Source: Neoconidiobolus thromboides FSU 785
Taxonomy: Eukaryota; Fungi; Entomophthoromycota
Direction: 5' to 3'
Length of the DNA stretch: 64,000 bases
NCBI GenBank assembly: GCA_025603075.1
Contig: MU626288.1
Span: 62,001-126,000 of the forward strand
Below are positions 14,067 to 28,258 of the stretch, piece after piece. Position numbers and translations under genes: made by a program. Under the pieces are notes generated by a model, which saw only the letters and a list, made by a program, of their open reading frames with translations, searched no databases and was not told where the DNA came from. The number at the start of each line of letters is the position of its first letter. Within the stretch, counting starts at the first letter, position 1.

Positions 14067-14583
14067 TTTTAAAATAAAAATAATGATTTTGGCGTTTTGT
14101 ATGCTTTTATATTATTGCTTATATAACAAAATATGCTTTAAAGCTTAATTATTAATAATCATAATTCTTATGAATGTTCTTGCTTTTCTTGTTTATAAAG
14201 CCGTATGTCTATATAGGGATTAAGAAAAAGGTTCCATGTATATTTGAATAATAATAATGGTACACAATCGATTTAAATTAACAATAGTATGATTAAAAAG
14301 TAATAAAAATGAAATTGGATTTGACTTTCTTCGCATTTTGTGCTTTTCTCACATCACTGGGCCTTAACCTTTAGTAAACATATGGTTAAAAACTAGTGGA
14401 TAAAGCAATTGATTAACTTGGTAAACTATTTAGGATCATTTGACTATAATATTTTTTTTTCGTATTTTCACTTTATTTCAAACTTAGCCCTTATAATTTT
14501 GAATTTGCTATATAAGTAAATTCCCATATTTATACTTTCTATATTTTATTCATCAAAGTTTTAATCATATTCTAACAATAATA

Positions 14584-14685
14584 TACGGGGATGTTTTTTT
14601 TGGTTTCATCACTTTTTCTATTTTTTAAACATTGTTTGAGCAGAAAGGTTATTAATAAAATCCTTAAAAAAAATACATCCCCATA
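14584..14685 (-). mobile_element. MITE-like element copy 2
   Basis: Reverse-orientation match to the consensus; ends CATCCCCATA. Confidence 0.75.
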
Positions 14686-15052
14686 CAATAAACAGTTTGA
14701 TATCACCCTAATCTATAAACCCTGCTTAGAAAAATTACTTTAAAAGCAATGGTTAATTCTTGTCTAAAACTATTTTATTTTTGTAATGTACCAATTTTAA
14801 TTCTAGTGTAGTTTTAAAATAAGCTCTTTTTGGGCCAAAAATAATATATAAGCATTAATTACAACGAATATTTTGTAAGAACATAATAATTTATTATAGA
14901 AAGAATTCAATTGTGGTGATCTTGTACCTCTAGTAAAAAGACCTGCCCAAAAGCTTATTTAGAAATTGCTTTATATTTTAAAAAGCCTAAAATTCAAATG
15001 GTTTTATATTTTATTCAATTCCCCTCCTCAAAATTGCCAGGCTAAATTCAAA

Positions 15053-15152
15053 ATGGGGATGATTTTTTTTGGTTTCATTACTTTTTCCGTTTTTAAGCGC
15101 TATTTGAGCGGAAAAATTGTTAGTAAAATTTTTAACTAAAAAAATATCTCAA
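15053..15152 (-). mobile_element. MITE-like element copy 3
   Basis: ATGGGGATG...TTAAGCGCTATTTGAGCGGAAAAATTGTTAGTAAAAT. Confidence 0.75.
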
Positions 15153-15212
15153 AATTTTATTTTTTTGCCTAAAATTTTATTATATTATATATAGGCTAAT
15201 TTACGCCTAAGA

Positions 15213-15314
15213 TATGGGGTGTTTTTTTGACTTCATTACTTTTTTCATTTTTAAACGCTATCTAAGTGGAAAATTTGTTAGTAAAATTCTTAAACACAAA
15301 AATATATCCCCATA
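15213..15314 (-). mobile_element. MITE-like element copy 4
   Basis: TATGGGGTG...ATCCCCATA. Confidence 0.75.
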
Positions 15315-15718
15315 TAGTTTTTTCACCTCACTTTACTGCTTAAATTTACAATTTCAAAATAAACATTATGAGGGTGTTCTTATATCAACTTTACTCCTTA
15401 CTCCTTACTTTCTATAAATCTTGATTTTCTAAATAAGCTAAATCTTCTGTATTAATGAGTAAAAGAGAATCTTGTATTAATTTTTATTGTAAGACAAAAG
15501 TTATAGATATAATCCTTAAAATGAAAATTATAATTTTAACTATTTTTTAATATATTTATAAGTATTTTAAATGATAAATAATAATAATGTAAAGCTTTAA
15601 AATACTATTAATAATATATTCTTATATAAAAAACGATGTTAATAAATATGTAATGAAGCATATCTTTCGTTAATTCCTAGACATTTGGTAGTATCAATTT
15701 AGTATATAACAGTAGCTA

Positions 15719-15821
15719 TATGGGGATGTATTTTTGTATTTAAGGATTTTACTAACAAATTTTCTACTCGAATAGTGCTCAAAAAATGTAAAAGTGATGA
15801 AATCAAAAAAACACTCTCATT
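15719..15821 (+). mobile_element. MITE-like element copy 5
   Basis: TATGGGGATGTATTTTTG...AAAACACTCTCAT. Confidence 0.75.
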
Positions 15822-16199
15822 AATGATATACATATTTTCTCATTTTGATCATTCATTCCCTTTATAACATAATTACTATATAGAAAAGTACATTGAAGGA
15901 ACAGATACTTCAACGGTTTAAAGTTTCAATTTTTTCAATAATGATTGAGAATTTGGATTAAACTAAATAAACGTTAAATTATTTTTTACATTATAAGATA
16001 AAATCAAAATTGATAAATTTACAAAGAATATAATACTTAATTATCTATTGTTGTTAAATAAGAAGGTAGCAAAATATATCAAAAGCTAGGCTTTCATCTT
16101 TTATGTATATGTGCATTTGCTCTCCTTTCTAATGGTGCATTATTACTCTTTAATTTTCACCAAGAGACATACTCTTGAGATTTTAGACCAAAATAAATG

Positions 16200-16304
16200 T
16201 ATAGGGATGTATTTTTTTGTTTAAAATTTTCGCTAATAATCTTTCCATTCAGATAGCGTTTGAAAAATGGAAAAAGTGATGAAACCAAAAAAAAACATCC
16301 TTAT
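16200..16304 (+). mobile_element. MITE-like element copy 6
   Basis: TATAGGGATGTATTTT...AAAACATCCTTATA. Confidence 0.75.
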
Positions 16305-17268
16305 ATGCATATATCAACAGTTTTAAAATACTAGAGTAATCCATTCTCTCACGATAGTTTCTGTATGACAAATAAATATATAAAAGACTAAATAAATAAA
16401 TAAATAAAATAATATCAATGTTTAATATGTAATTATTAAAGTCTTTTTTGCTTTATAAGTTAAAAATAAATAAAAAACTTGATTAGAAATTTGATGATTT
16501 TAGTTATAAAATAAATAAGTGAAAATACATATCATATCGATTTGTTGCTCTATTTACAAAAATAAGAGCAGTCAGTAATAAAAAAAATTATAGAAAAAGT
16601 AACAATATAATCAAGTATGTTAAAGTTTAAAAAGTTTTGAAAATACAGATGTAAAGTTTAATATTAAATTCTTATCTTTAAAACAAGATTCAAGCTCATT
16701 TATAAATTTATGAGTTGACTTTTATAGAATTAATAAATTGTTAGTAAATTACAATTATTAAAACGAGCAAACTTATAAATTGTACCTGGTACTTCTCAGC
16801 TATATTATATAGTAGTTGAATTGTTGCTAATACACTTGAATAATGTTACTATTAAAACTCAAGAGTAGCTTTTAGTTTGATAGTAATTTTGATAGTGAAT
16901 GAAGAAAGGACCAATAGGATAAACCAAATCTTTCATAAAAAGTTAAATTTCCGTTAATTAAAATTACTCGATTTATGTTCTTAAAATCCCAAAGCTGCCA
17001 TTAGTTTGGTCTTAAATTTATTAAACAATTAATTGAATATAAATTTAATTAACCAAATAATTGAATCAAATACTTTCTGTAACTAAACGTGTATATAATT
17101 TTTGGCCATCTTATTTGGTTTTATATAAGTGACTAGCATTTATTTTTAAAAGGTATAGTTCTATTTTATAAGTTTACTTCTTATCTTTAACTTATTTTTT
17201 ACTTTTTTTATATACATCAGTCATAGAATAAATAAGAACAATTAAATATAAAAAGCAGGAGTTCAGTG

Positions 17269-20200
17269 ATGTCTGAGTCGAAATCTTTAAATATTGTAAG
17301 GCAGTTTCACTTATTTGATACTTTCAGCTAAATAATATTGTAGGATGAGCATCAGCTTACTGTTCAGCAAATATGTTCACGATATAATACCTTTGTTGAC
17401 GAAAATAAGCCTTCCACGTCGGCAGGGCTAACCTTTAATCAAGCAGATAAATTACGCTATGAATATGGACCTAATTTACTTACCCCACCAAAAAAGACGC
17501 ACCCAGCAGTTATATTTTTCAAATGTTTATTTGCTTTATTTAACATTTTATTACTCATCTCAGCCATTTTAACCTTTGTACTTTTTAGTCTTGATACAAA
17601 GCTTAATAAAGCAGATATGTATTTGGGTATTATTCTTATAGTAGTAGCATTTATTAATGCCACAATTGAATTTATACAAATCCAAAAGAGTGCAGCATTA
17701 TTAGATTCTTTCCTTAAAATGGTACCTCAACTTTCCCATGTTATTAGAGAAAATAAAATGGAACAAATTAATGCATCAGAACTAGTAGTAGGAGATGTTG
17801 TTTTTATTAAAATGGGAGATAAAGTACCAGCTGATTTAAGATTATTTTATACTATGGATCTCAAAGTCGATAACTCTTCACTTACTGGAGAATCGGATCC
17901 ACAGCCTAGAAAACCAAGCAATGAGTTTAGTAACCCATTGGAAGCTACTAACCTTGCTTTTAATAGTACCTTAGTGGTTTCTGGTGAAGGTTATGGTATT
18001 GTTGTACGTACAGGTGATCAAACTATTTTGGGACAGATTGCTAACCTTACTGGGAGTGAAAATAAAGGTGAAAGTCCTTTGACTTTAGAAATCAATCGTT
18101 TTATTGGGATTATTAGTACACTTGCATTTTCAACAGCTATTATATTTTTGATTGTAAGTATCGTAAAGGCAGGTGATATTCATATTTCTTTAAATTTTGC
18201 TATTGGTACTTTTGTTGCTTGGATCCCAGAAGGTTTGCCAATCACAGTGACTATGTTACTTACTATTGCTGCTGGAAGAATGGCTAACCAAAAAGTGTTG
18301 GTTAAAGATTTGAAGGGAGTGGAAACATTAGGTTCTATCACTTTATTGGCAACGGATAAAACTGGAACATTAACAAAAAATCAGATGACTGTAACAACGT
18401 TATGGACTAACCTTGAATTTCATGAAAATCTATTACCTTTAAGTTCAGCTGATGTTGATTTGAATAATCAATATTTGGGTGTTGAAAATATCATTATGAA
18501 CTCAGCTTTAAATTCACAAGTTAAATTTGATAGTAATTTAGTACCATTTTCACAACGTAAAGCTGTAGGAGATGCTACTGAATTAGGATTAACACGCTTT
18601 GCTTATCAACATCATCAAGAGTTTGATAATCTTCCAAGTAAGTTTCCAAAAGTATTTTCAATTCCATTTAATTCTGAAAACAAATGGGCAATGTCAATTC
18701 ATAGAATTCAACATGGAAATGGTGATTTAATATTATTTATAAAAGGTGCACCAGAAAGGGTATTAAAAACATGCTCTCACATCCTTTTAAATCGTCAAGA
18801 AGTGCCATTAACTCAAGATCATCATCAACAATTTAAAGATATGTATGAAAGAATGGCTAGTAAAGGGCATCGTGTGATTGCTTTTGCCGAACTTAAACTA
18901 CCAAGGAGTCAATATCCAGTTAATTACAATTTTGATGCTAGTACAAAAAACTTTCCGCAATCCGGTTTAGTATTTGTTGGCTTAGCTTCCTTAGAGGATC
19001 CACCTAAACATGGGGTACGCGAGGCTATAGGAAAATGTCGTCTGGCGGGCATTAAAGTTATGATGGTTACTGGTGATCATCCACTTACTGCAGAAGCAAT
19101 TGCAAGAAAAATTAATTTAATGGTTTCAGATACTAAAAGGATGGTAGCAGAAAGGACAATGCGACCTATTGAAGAAGTAGAGCCAGATGAATATGATGCA
19201 ATTGTCATCCATGGTGAAGAAATTGATAATTTAGATGATGAAATGTGGGATTTTATTTTATCAAAACAAGAAATCGTTTTCGCTAGAACTTCACCAAAAC
19301 ATAAATTAGAAATTGTCAAGAGAGCTCAATCTATGGGTCATATAGTTGGTGTTACGGGGGATGGAGTGAACGATTCTCCTGCATTGAAAAAGGCTGATTT
19401 AGGGATCGCAATGAATGAGTCTGGATCAGATGTATCAAAAGATGCAGCTTCCATGATCCTTTTGGATGATAATTTTGCTTCTACTATTCGAGGTATTGAA
19501 GAAGGGCGATTGATTTTTATGAACCTTAAAAAGAGTGTTCAATATACAATTACCCATTCTATTCCAGAAATTTTACCACAACTGTTGTTTGTTATGGTAC
19601 CAATACCTTTACCATTAACTTCAATCCAAATCATTGTAATTGATTTAGGTTTTGAACTTTTCACAGCACTTTCTTATGCTTTTGATCCGCCAGAAACAGC
19701 TACTGGACTTATGCGATTACCACCGCGTAAGCCAGTTGATTCTTTATCCGTCGAAAGGTTCAGAAGAATAAAGCAGTATGATTTAATACCACATTATGAT
19801 TATTCATCTGGTCATGAGATTCCACCCTCTGCCTTTGCGAAAGTAAAGCATAGCTTATCCAACTTTTTTTCGCCAGGATACTGGAAAGCTTGCTTTTCAC
19901 CAAACAAACAAGAGCTTTTAGTAGATTTTAATATCCTTTCATGGGCTTACTTTGAAGTAGGTATGATCGAAACTGGCATTGCTCATTTAGCTTTCTTTCT
20001 GGTTTTACATTCATATGGTATCACAATTCATGACTCTCATCTTATGCAAAACAAAGGTTTTTTTAAATCCGGTTCAGATATTCATACCACCTCCTCTGGT
20101 GATACTTATGACGATGTTAAACAAATTGAAATTTTATCTCAAGCTCAATCCATCTATTACCTATCTGTAATGATTTTACAAGCGTTCAATTTATTTGCTA

Positions 20201-20517
20201 GTAAATCACGACTTGCGCCACCTTTTGGTCGTCATATGTTCCGTAACAAATATAATTTCATAGGTTTATTTGTTGGATTTTTACTTGGGTTTATCATTGT
20301 TTATGTTCCTGGAGTTAATACAGTCTTCCAAACGTCATCTGGACTATCACCCATCTTCTGGTTAGTTCCTATTGGTGGTGGTCTATTTATTCTTGCTTAT
20401 TCTGCAGTAAGATTTTATATTTTGGGTAGAGCGAAGCCAAATCCATATTTCCCAGAAATATCTGGATTACAAATGCATCCAACTTTAGCACATGGAGGTT
20501 ATAGTCGAATGACTTAA
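17269..20517 (+). CDS. P-type ATPase, P2C (Na,K/H,K-ATPase-like) alpha subunit
   Basis: Exon 1 ATG at 17269 (MSESKSLNI) splices to DEHQLT. Motifs: DNSSLTGES, DKTGTLT, KGAPE, DPPK, TGD, GDGVNDSPALKKAD. Confidence 0.92.
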
Positions 20518-20640
20518 AATTATTATACCAGTTAATATATTTATGTATAATAAAATAATAATTGTTTATAATTTAATTAATTTGTTTAATAGCAAAATTT
20601 GTTTACATCAAAAATATTCATACTTTATAGTCAAACACGT

Positions 20641-22057
20641 TTATTTTGAAGTTATTAATTTTTTATCATTTGAAGCCCCTTCAAATTCAACTATATTATA
20701 TCTAAGTAACAACTCTGCCATTTCTTCAAAGCAATGGTTGGGCATATCATCAGCCCATAAAAAGTCAAGGTGTTCAAAGCCTTTAATACCTTTACAAAAG
20801 ATAGGAGCTGGTAACTGAGATAGAAGTTGAGACATATCTGAAAGTGTATCCGCTTCCCCATAAAAAACAGCCAATGGAGTTTGAATTTGAGAAGTAGGAT
20901 AACCAGGAACAACATGACTACGAGAAGATTCAGATTCCATAACAGGTAAAGGTAAGTCATCATATAACTGAAATCGATTAGCGCGAATAATTTGAAACCA
21001 ATGTACTAGACATTTAACTGAGGTCATAGAATATAAATGTTGGTAACAATAATGTTTAGTTAAATCGGACATATTATGACTTTTCCAACCAAATAAAAAT
21101 TTCATTGAGGCATCTATTGCTTTAACAAAAAGAGCTCTTGGTAACAATCCTTGCCAAAATAAACAGGCACTTAAAGCACTCTTTCTTCCAAACATGAGAT
21201 ATATAATATTTGGTGTAGCTCTCACAATAGCATCAACTGTATTATTAACCAAACCAGTTGGTGAAGTAGCTGGAGCCAAACAAATAAACAAATTAATCTT
21301 AGCATTTAAATCATTATGAATTGATAAAGAAGCAAAAGCTTGAGCTGTTCCTTGAGAAAAACCAATATAAGCCAAAGCGTTTGCTCCTGTTATTTTTAAT
21401 ATCATATCTACAGTTGAAGGTAAATCATATCTTGCAAATTCGTCCATAGAAAAATCCCAAAATTCTTGGGTCAATGGACTAAGGGTGGTATGTTTCTGTG
21501 AATATTTGTTACCTCTTGTATTTCCAAGCCATACATCATATCCTTGCTCAACTAACCAAAAAGCTAAATTATCTAATAAATTGGGTTTACATACAAATAC
21601 TTCCGAACTCATTAAAAATCCGTGCCATAATAATACTACCGGTTTATTCACTTTACTTTTTTTAATATTAAATTGTATTTGACTGATCTCAGGTGTTGGA
21701 AATTCTCTAGTGGGTGTTTTTGGTGATGCTTCTGGTATACGGTGAACTGATAAAAGATAGCCATCTTCTGTAGTAACTAAAAATTCTTGAAATGGGTAAC
21801 CCCAACTGGTGACTATATCTTTTGTAGTGTTTAAGGTATCAATTTTAGCCTCTTTATCATTTTTCGAACTAAAACAAGAATTACTATATTTATTAGATAT
21901 AAAAAAAATAAATGATTTACCTCTTTTTAAAGATATTAAAAGGTATGAAAAATAAAACGAATCTCAATACTTTTTCAAATAAAAAAAAGGAGAAGGTAAA
22001 TAATAATGAAAAATAATCATAGATATCCAAGCGACTAATTACTGGTATTTTTAACAT
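20641..22057 (-). CDS. TGL1: Tgl1/lysosomal acid lipase-like sterol esterase (alpha/beta hydrolase)
   Basis: Exon 1 MLKIPVISRLDIYDYF resembles the Tgl1 N-terminus. Motifs: LWHG, GYDVWLGNTRGN, nucleophile GFSQG, catalytic His in EHLDFLW. Confidence 0.8.
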
Positions 22058-23701
22058 TGAAATAACAAACTTTAAAATAAACTTTTTTTTTGAAAAATAA
22101 TATTAGGTTCTATCTATTTTATAAAAAAACAAAATAAAAACTAAAGGAGTTAATATTTATAATCATGGCTAAACAGTCTGTTAAATTCGTTTGAAATCTT
22201 AATTAGATCCAGAAGTGGGGAGTTCAAAACTTAATTTAATTCTTCTTAAAATATTGGGCAGCAATTTGCTAATTTTATTATTCATTTCACTAATAATTAT
22301 AACTTATTACCACACAATTGCCCAGACATTTAAATTTAGCACGTGGCCTAAGGTGTCTAAAGTTCACATGACTATCTAGGGGCCAATTAAAGAAAGTTAT
22401 TGTTAGACAATTTCTATTCTATTTTTGAAAATAAATTCAATTCAATAATAGTCTATTTGCCTTGGGTTAAGTTACTTAAATATTAATGCTTTACACTTTT
22501 TATATTATTTTGGACTTTTTATTAGTAGCAACGCTTAAAGATATGATCTATTACAAGTCTATTAAAAGTCAAGTTCTCCTAACAACTTGATATTTTGATT
22601 AAAAAATGACCAAGCTATTGGCTGCAACAGTAACTTTTTTCATTTTAAGATTTTTTTAAATAAAAATTCTTTAATATTGCAATATTAAATCTCTACCGCT
22701 TTTTGCTCATCAAAAAGACTAAAGCTAAGGTAAAAATAATAGTAAAAATGTGAGTTTTCAAAAAATCCAAAGAATGTATGTTTGCTGTTATTAGGTACAT
22801 AGTAAAGGTTTCAATTATTATAATATGTAATATTTCCACTATCAGTAAAACCTGTCCAACTTGTTGTAACATTGCCAAGCATTAAATAATATTATTCATT
22901 TAGGCTTATTTTGACATCAAAACAATATCCATAGTTGCTTATGTGTAGAAGTTGAAATTGTGGCTTTTTTAGATAAATTGATCCTTTTTTGGTGTAGAAT
23001 TTTTAACAAGAAATATTCTAAATTAAAAACTTAATCAAATGATGATTTTTATATTCAAGCCAATCTCAATTATCTACGATCTTGTATTTAGACTTAACAA
23101 GCTATTTCTTTGCTACAGTTTGAACTATAAAACTAATGTAATATTAAACTAATAATCATTCACATAATCAAACCAAGTTTATATAAACTTTTTAATACAT
23201 TGTATGCATTAAAAATGGAAATCATAAGGGAAAGGATGATCTCATATCTTTAAAAATATCTTCCTAAATTATGAAATTTTATATTATATTAATAAATTAA
23301 AGGAATTATGACCCAATCGTTACCAAATTGATTGAACTCATTTAGAAAAAAGACTTGAAATTCATTTAAGCACAGGAACATGGCCTACTAACTTATCACT
23401 AAAATTAGTTGCTTAAACCAATAAAATTCCAGTTGTAAACTAGTATTACCTTTATTTTCCTAAGAGTTTTTGATTGAGAAATAAATTGATTTTTTTATAC
23501 CACTTTATTTATTTATTCAACTTGTATATATAAAATTAACCAGTTGAACAATAGCAACTTCTGCGAATAAACTCATTTTATCTAAGTTTAAAATCATTGT
23601 GCGTACAATTGTATATTTCCAAAGTTCCAATTTAAACTTGATTGATATCCAATAATTTTTCCTAAGCTTATGATTAATTTATAAAATTATCAACAACCTC
23701 C

Positions 23702-26700
23702 ATGCATCGAAGTAGTAATTCACATTTAAAAGTGAGTTCATCTAACTCCTCATCCTATTTATCCAACTCAAGCTCAAGTGAATATAAAACCAGTTACGAA
23801 GATAGTATAAGTAGTGAAACGAGTTATCATCGACCATTAGCAATAGCAACGCGTTCTTCGTCGTTAAATTCTAGAGCTTATGAAGTTGGAAATATTATAT
23901 CGCCGCCATCTATTTCACCAAGTTTTAGTAATAGTTTGTTAAAAAGTACACCTTTATCAACCATTAATTCGGAACCTATTAAGGGATATAATGGAAGTAG
24001 TGGCGAAAGTATAAAGCATAATTTAAATTCAAAAGCGTCCAATTTGATTAATAGTCCTTTTTTTAAAAATTTAAAACAATCAAAAGAAATTGTTAGACCT
24101 CCCACAATCATTACTACAACAATAAAGGAAACAAAAGAACCTTATCAGTCATCCACTAATGGTAAAATTATGTTAATTGAAAGTCCAAATAGAATTAGTC
24201 CAGTTAATTCAGAGTCTAACTTATCACCTACCAAATTTCGACCCTTACCAACGGTTCCTTATAAAAGTCCACCAAGTCCATTGGGAATGAAAGCAGTATT
24301 GGCAAGGACATCAACAGAATCCTTAAATAGTAATTCTAGCCTATCTCAAACTAAACCATTACCAAAGGTACCAAATAAACAGACAATAAAAAAATTGGGG
24401 CCGGGGCAGACCCTACGTTCTAGAGCTAATTCGGATATTACTAATAATTCAAGAAATGGACAAAACAAAAATTTATATTTTGAAAGTCTATTATCAGGTA
24501 TCACTAAAAGTCAAGAAGGAAAAGAAAAGAAAATAATTAATGTTCAATTTGTTTCTGAGGTGTTAGAAAGATTTATCTGTAATATCCCAAGAGCTTTACA
24601 TACCAAAAATTCGTTAGAATATCCAAGTTCTTTTACTGGAAAAGATATAGTGGTAAATTTTATTCTGAATTTGGTTTTATAATGACTTGATTTAAAATTG
24701 TTACTTTTTATAGGATACCTTAAGTCAAATTCTACAAACAGAGGATCGAAAGTTATGTTTATCTTGTGGTCAATGTTTTGAATTTCACAAATTGTTTCAT
24801 GATGTTACTTTTGAAAGTTCATTAAAAGACAGTATATCTGAAATATATACATTTAGAGATTATTTATCTTCGGAGCCCTTTGATTCTAGTTTAATTAAAG
24901 ATTTTGAAACCATTTATTCAACTATATCTGGAGTATTTACCAATTTGACACCTTGTTATTCACCGACTTGCTCAAAAAGTAAGCTTTGTTATTCGCCTAT
25001 GTGTCCAAGGAAAGTTAAAAATGTAAGTGGAAGTTAATGATCTATTATATCTTTGTTTGTTAAACAAGTTTTTATTAGGGTTTAATTAATTTTCGATTTG
25101 GTACCCCAGTTAATCCATTGGGGCCTTCTACTTTACCGGAACCTATGGTAAGTTTTTTTTAGCGATGAATAAGTGCTCTCAAATTTAACTAAAAATTAAA
25201 TAGAGAGTTTGGGCAAGAACAGTACCTAAAAGCGTATTGGATACAACTTCAGTAAAAGAAAAGAAACGACAAGAAGCGATTTATGAATTTATTTATACAG
25301 AAAAAGACTTTGTAGAAGACATTGAGATATTACAAGAGGTAAATATTTAAAATCGGAACTAAATATTTATGAAATAATGAAATTAATTGAACAATTTTTA
25401 TTAGTTTTTCATTAAACCTTTGCTATATGAAAACATTATTTCAACTGAAAAAAGAGATGAGTTTATTGAACAAGTATTTTTTAATATTAGCGAAATTCAT
25501 TCAATCAATCATCATTTAATGAAAGATTTAATAAAAAGACAAGAAGAACAATATGTTGTAGATCAAATTGGAGATATTTTTTTAGATCACGTGAAAAATT
25601 TTGAACCCTTTGTGGCTTATGGGGCTCACCAATTGTTTGCTAAACAGGCTCTAGAATTAGAAATTACTCAGAATCAGAATTTAGCGAGGTTTTTGGAGGT
25701 AAAATTAATAAAAGAATCCGAATATATGCGAATCTAAATTAATGATATAATTTAGGAAAAAGAACAATTACCTCAATTAAGAAAATTACCAATACAAAGT
25801 TTCATGGGAAGACCAACTACACGATTAGCTAAATATTCATTATTGTTAGAAGCTATTATTAAACATACAGAATCTGATAATCCAGATATTGAAAATATGC
25901 AAAAAGTGATCAAAATAATTAAAGGATTTTTAAATCGAATTAATATTGAAACGGGTAAAGCAGATAATAAATTAAAGTTAACTAGGTTGTCAAAATTATT
26001 ATTGGGCAATGGTAATGAATTGAAGGTAAAAATGAGATTTATATAATATAATATAATATAAAAATATTAATTAATTTTAATTTTTATTGAAGATGCTAAA
26101 TTTAATGCATGATAATCGAATACTAATAAGAGATGGTACATTAAAAAAAAAAACAGGTGTGGATCAAGTGGATATTTCATTATTTTTATTTGATCATTTA
26201 TTATTATTAACAAAAAGAAAAAGTTCAAAAGAACATAACGATTATATTTATAAAATACATAAAAAAGTAAGTTTAAATAGCATATAATAAACAATAGATT
26301 AATTTATTTTTATATTAGCCCATTCCATTAGAATTAATTAAAGTTATTATACCTGAAGAATCATCTTTAGTTGATGCAACATCCAAGAGATCCTCTAATG
26401 GATTTGTTTCTAGAAGAGCCAATTCCTTTTTATATATGGGAACTAATAATCTACAAGATTCAATAGTTAAATCAGGATATCCATTAAATATTACTCATTT
26501 AGGTAGAGATGGACAAACAATCACATTATATGCTAATACATTAGCTGAACGTAAACAATGGAAAGATAAAATAGAAAAACAAAGAGGAATAGTAACATCT
26601 TTAACAAATGTTTATGAAGTATTTACAATATCAACAGTTCATTTTAAATTTAACAATCCTATATTATCAACAGCTTTATTTAATGATAATGAAAGAATAT

Positions 26701-27611
26701 TAATTGGCACAGAAGAAGGAGTTTATTTAGGTAGTTGTAGTGGTATGAGTAATTTTCAAAAAATTATTGATTTAGAAAAAGTTTATCAAATTGAAATATT
26801 AGAAGAATATAATATGTTAATTTTATTATCAGATAAATCACTATATACATTCGCTATGGATACTTTAAATAACGACTCAACATCAGTTAAAATTGGAAGA
26901 AAAATAAGCTCTCATGTTACTTTTTTTAAAGTAGGTGTATGTTTAGGTAGAGTACTAGTTTGTGTAGTCAAGGCAACACCTTTAAGTTCGGTAGTTAAAG
27001 CATTGGAACCTGTATTATTGACTACTAATAAAAAAGCAGCCTTTGGTAAATTTTTAATGAGAGCTGGTAAAGATGGTATGAGATTATTTAAAAAATTTTA
27101 TATACCATCCGGATATACCTCATTACATTTTTTGAAAACAAAAATATGTGTTGGTTGTGCAAAAGGATTTGAAATTGTTGATTTGGAAACATTAAATACA
27201 CAAGGTTTATTAGATGAAACGGATGCTTCCTTAAATTTTGTACTAAAAAGAGAAGTAGTTAAACCTATTGCTATTTATAAAGTATCAACTAAAGATTTTT
27301 TATTATGTTATGATGAATTTGCTTTTTATGTGGATAAAGATGGTCGTCGTACTAGATTAGAATTTATTATATTGTGGGAAGGAGAGCCAACTTCTTTTGC
27401 ATTTGAATATCCTTATATATTAGGTTTTAATCCAGATTTTATTGAAATTTGGGATGTAGATAAATGCAAATTTTGTCAAGTTATACCAACATGTAATTCA
27501 AGGTCTTTATCTACATTACCAGGGGCTATTCATTGTGTTAATAATCCAATTGGTGAGTTTCAACAATTGTTTGCATTAAGGCTGAAAAATAAAAGTAATG
27601 TGGAAGCGTAA
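23702..27611 (+). CDS. ROM2: Rho1 guanine nucleotide exchange factor (DEP-DH-PH-CNH), multi-exon
   Basis: Ser-rich N-terminus; DEP segment (FTGKDIV); DH (RQEAIYEFIYTEKDF; PTTRLAKYSLLL); PH; C-terminal CNH domain (FIILWEGEPTSF). Confidence 0.88.
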
Positions 27612-28004
27612 ATAATTGGGGATAGAAATCAAGAAAATTCAAATCAAATTAAAGATATGAAGTTTTATGGAATGGGAAAATTGAAGAGATGTGAGTTTAA
27701 GATGAAAGCTAAAAAGAGGATAGTAATAAAAAATTAGTTGATTGATTAATTGTATCTAAAATTGATTTTAAAAGAATTTATTTTTAATAAAAATACTAAC
27801 TCATATAATTAAACTTATTTTGAATAATTTTTATTTATAGCTACTACAATTATATTGTGAGCTGATAAACTATTCATTTAGGAACTAATTTTTATAAAAA
27901 TTGCACTTCAATCTAAGCATAAATATTAAAAATCAAACAGTTAACTGACTATAAAGGTTATTGCAAATTAGATCACAATACAGCTGCAGCCATTGTATTT
28001 TTAC

Positions 28005-28102
28005 CATGACGTATTTTTTGGTTAGAAATTTTACTAACAATTTTTCACTTAAATAGTGCTTAAAAGATTGAAAAATGATGAAACCAAAAAAACATCCACA
28101 TA
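28005..28102 (+). mobile_element. MITE-like element copy 7
   Basis: ...TTTTACTAACAATTTTTCACTTAAATAGTGCTT...AAAACATCCACATA. Confidence 0.7.
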
Positions 28103-28258
28103 TCATTTTATTATTGAGATGAGAAATTAATATTCAGTTCAATAATTTAAATTTTAGCATATGATCTAATCATTAATGAGGGTAGAAAGTAATGACTATA
28201 AAAAGCAAAGTAATTCAATTTTTAAAAATGTGTCAAACTTGAAATTTTAAAAAAAATC

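Noticed and set aside
14309-14374. Signal-peptide-like mini-ORF MKLDLTFFAFCAFLTSLGLNL*
   Set aside because: It stops after 21 codons and the downstream similarity to SSP-A is too weak to support a pseudogene call.
11693-15417. ORF-track ORFs 11693-12079 and 15214-15417, which share FFKRYxSGKFVSKI
   Set aside because: The shared peptide is simply the translation of the MITE-like repeat, not a protein family.
9215-22057. P450, lipase, membrane protein and ATPase as a biosynthetic gene cluster
   Set aside because: No backbone enzyme (PKS, NRPS, terpene synthase); the neighbours are housekeeping-type genes.
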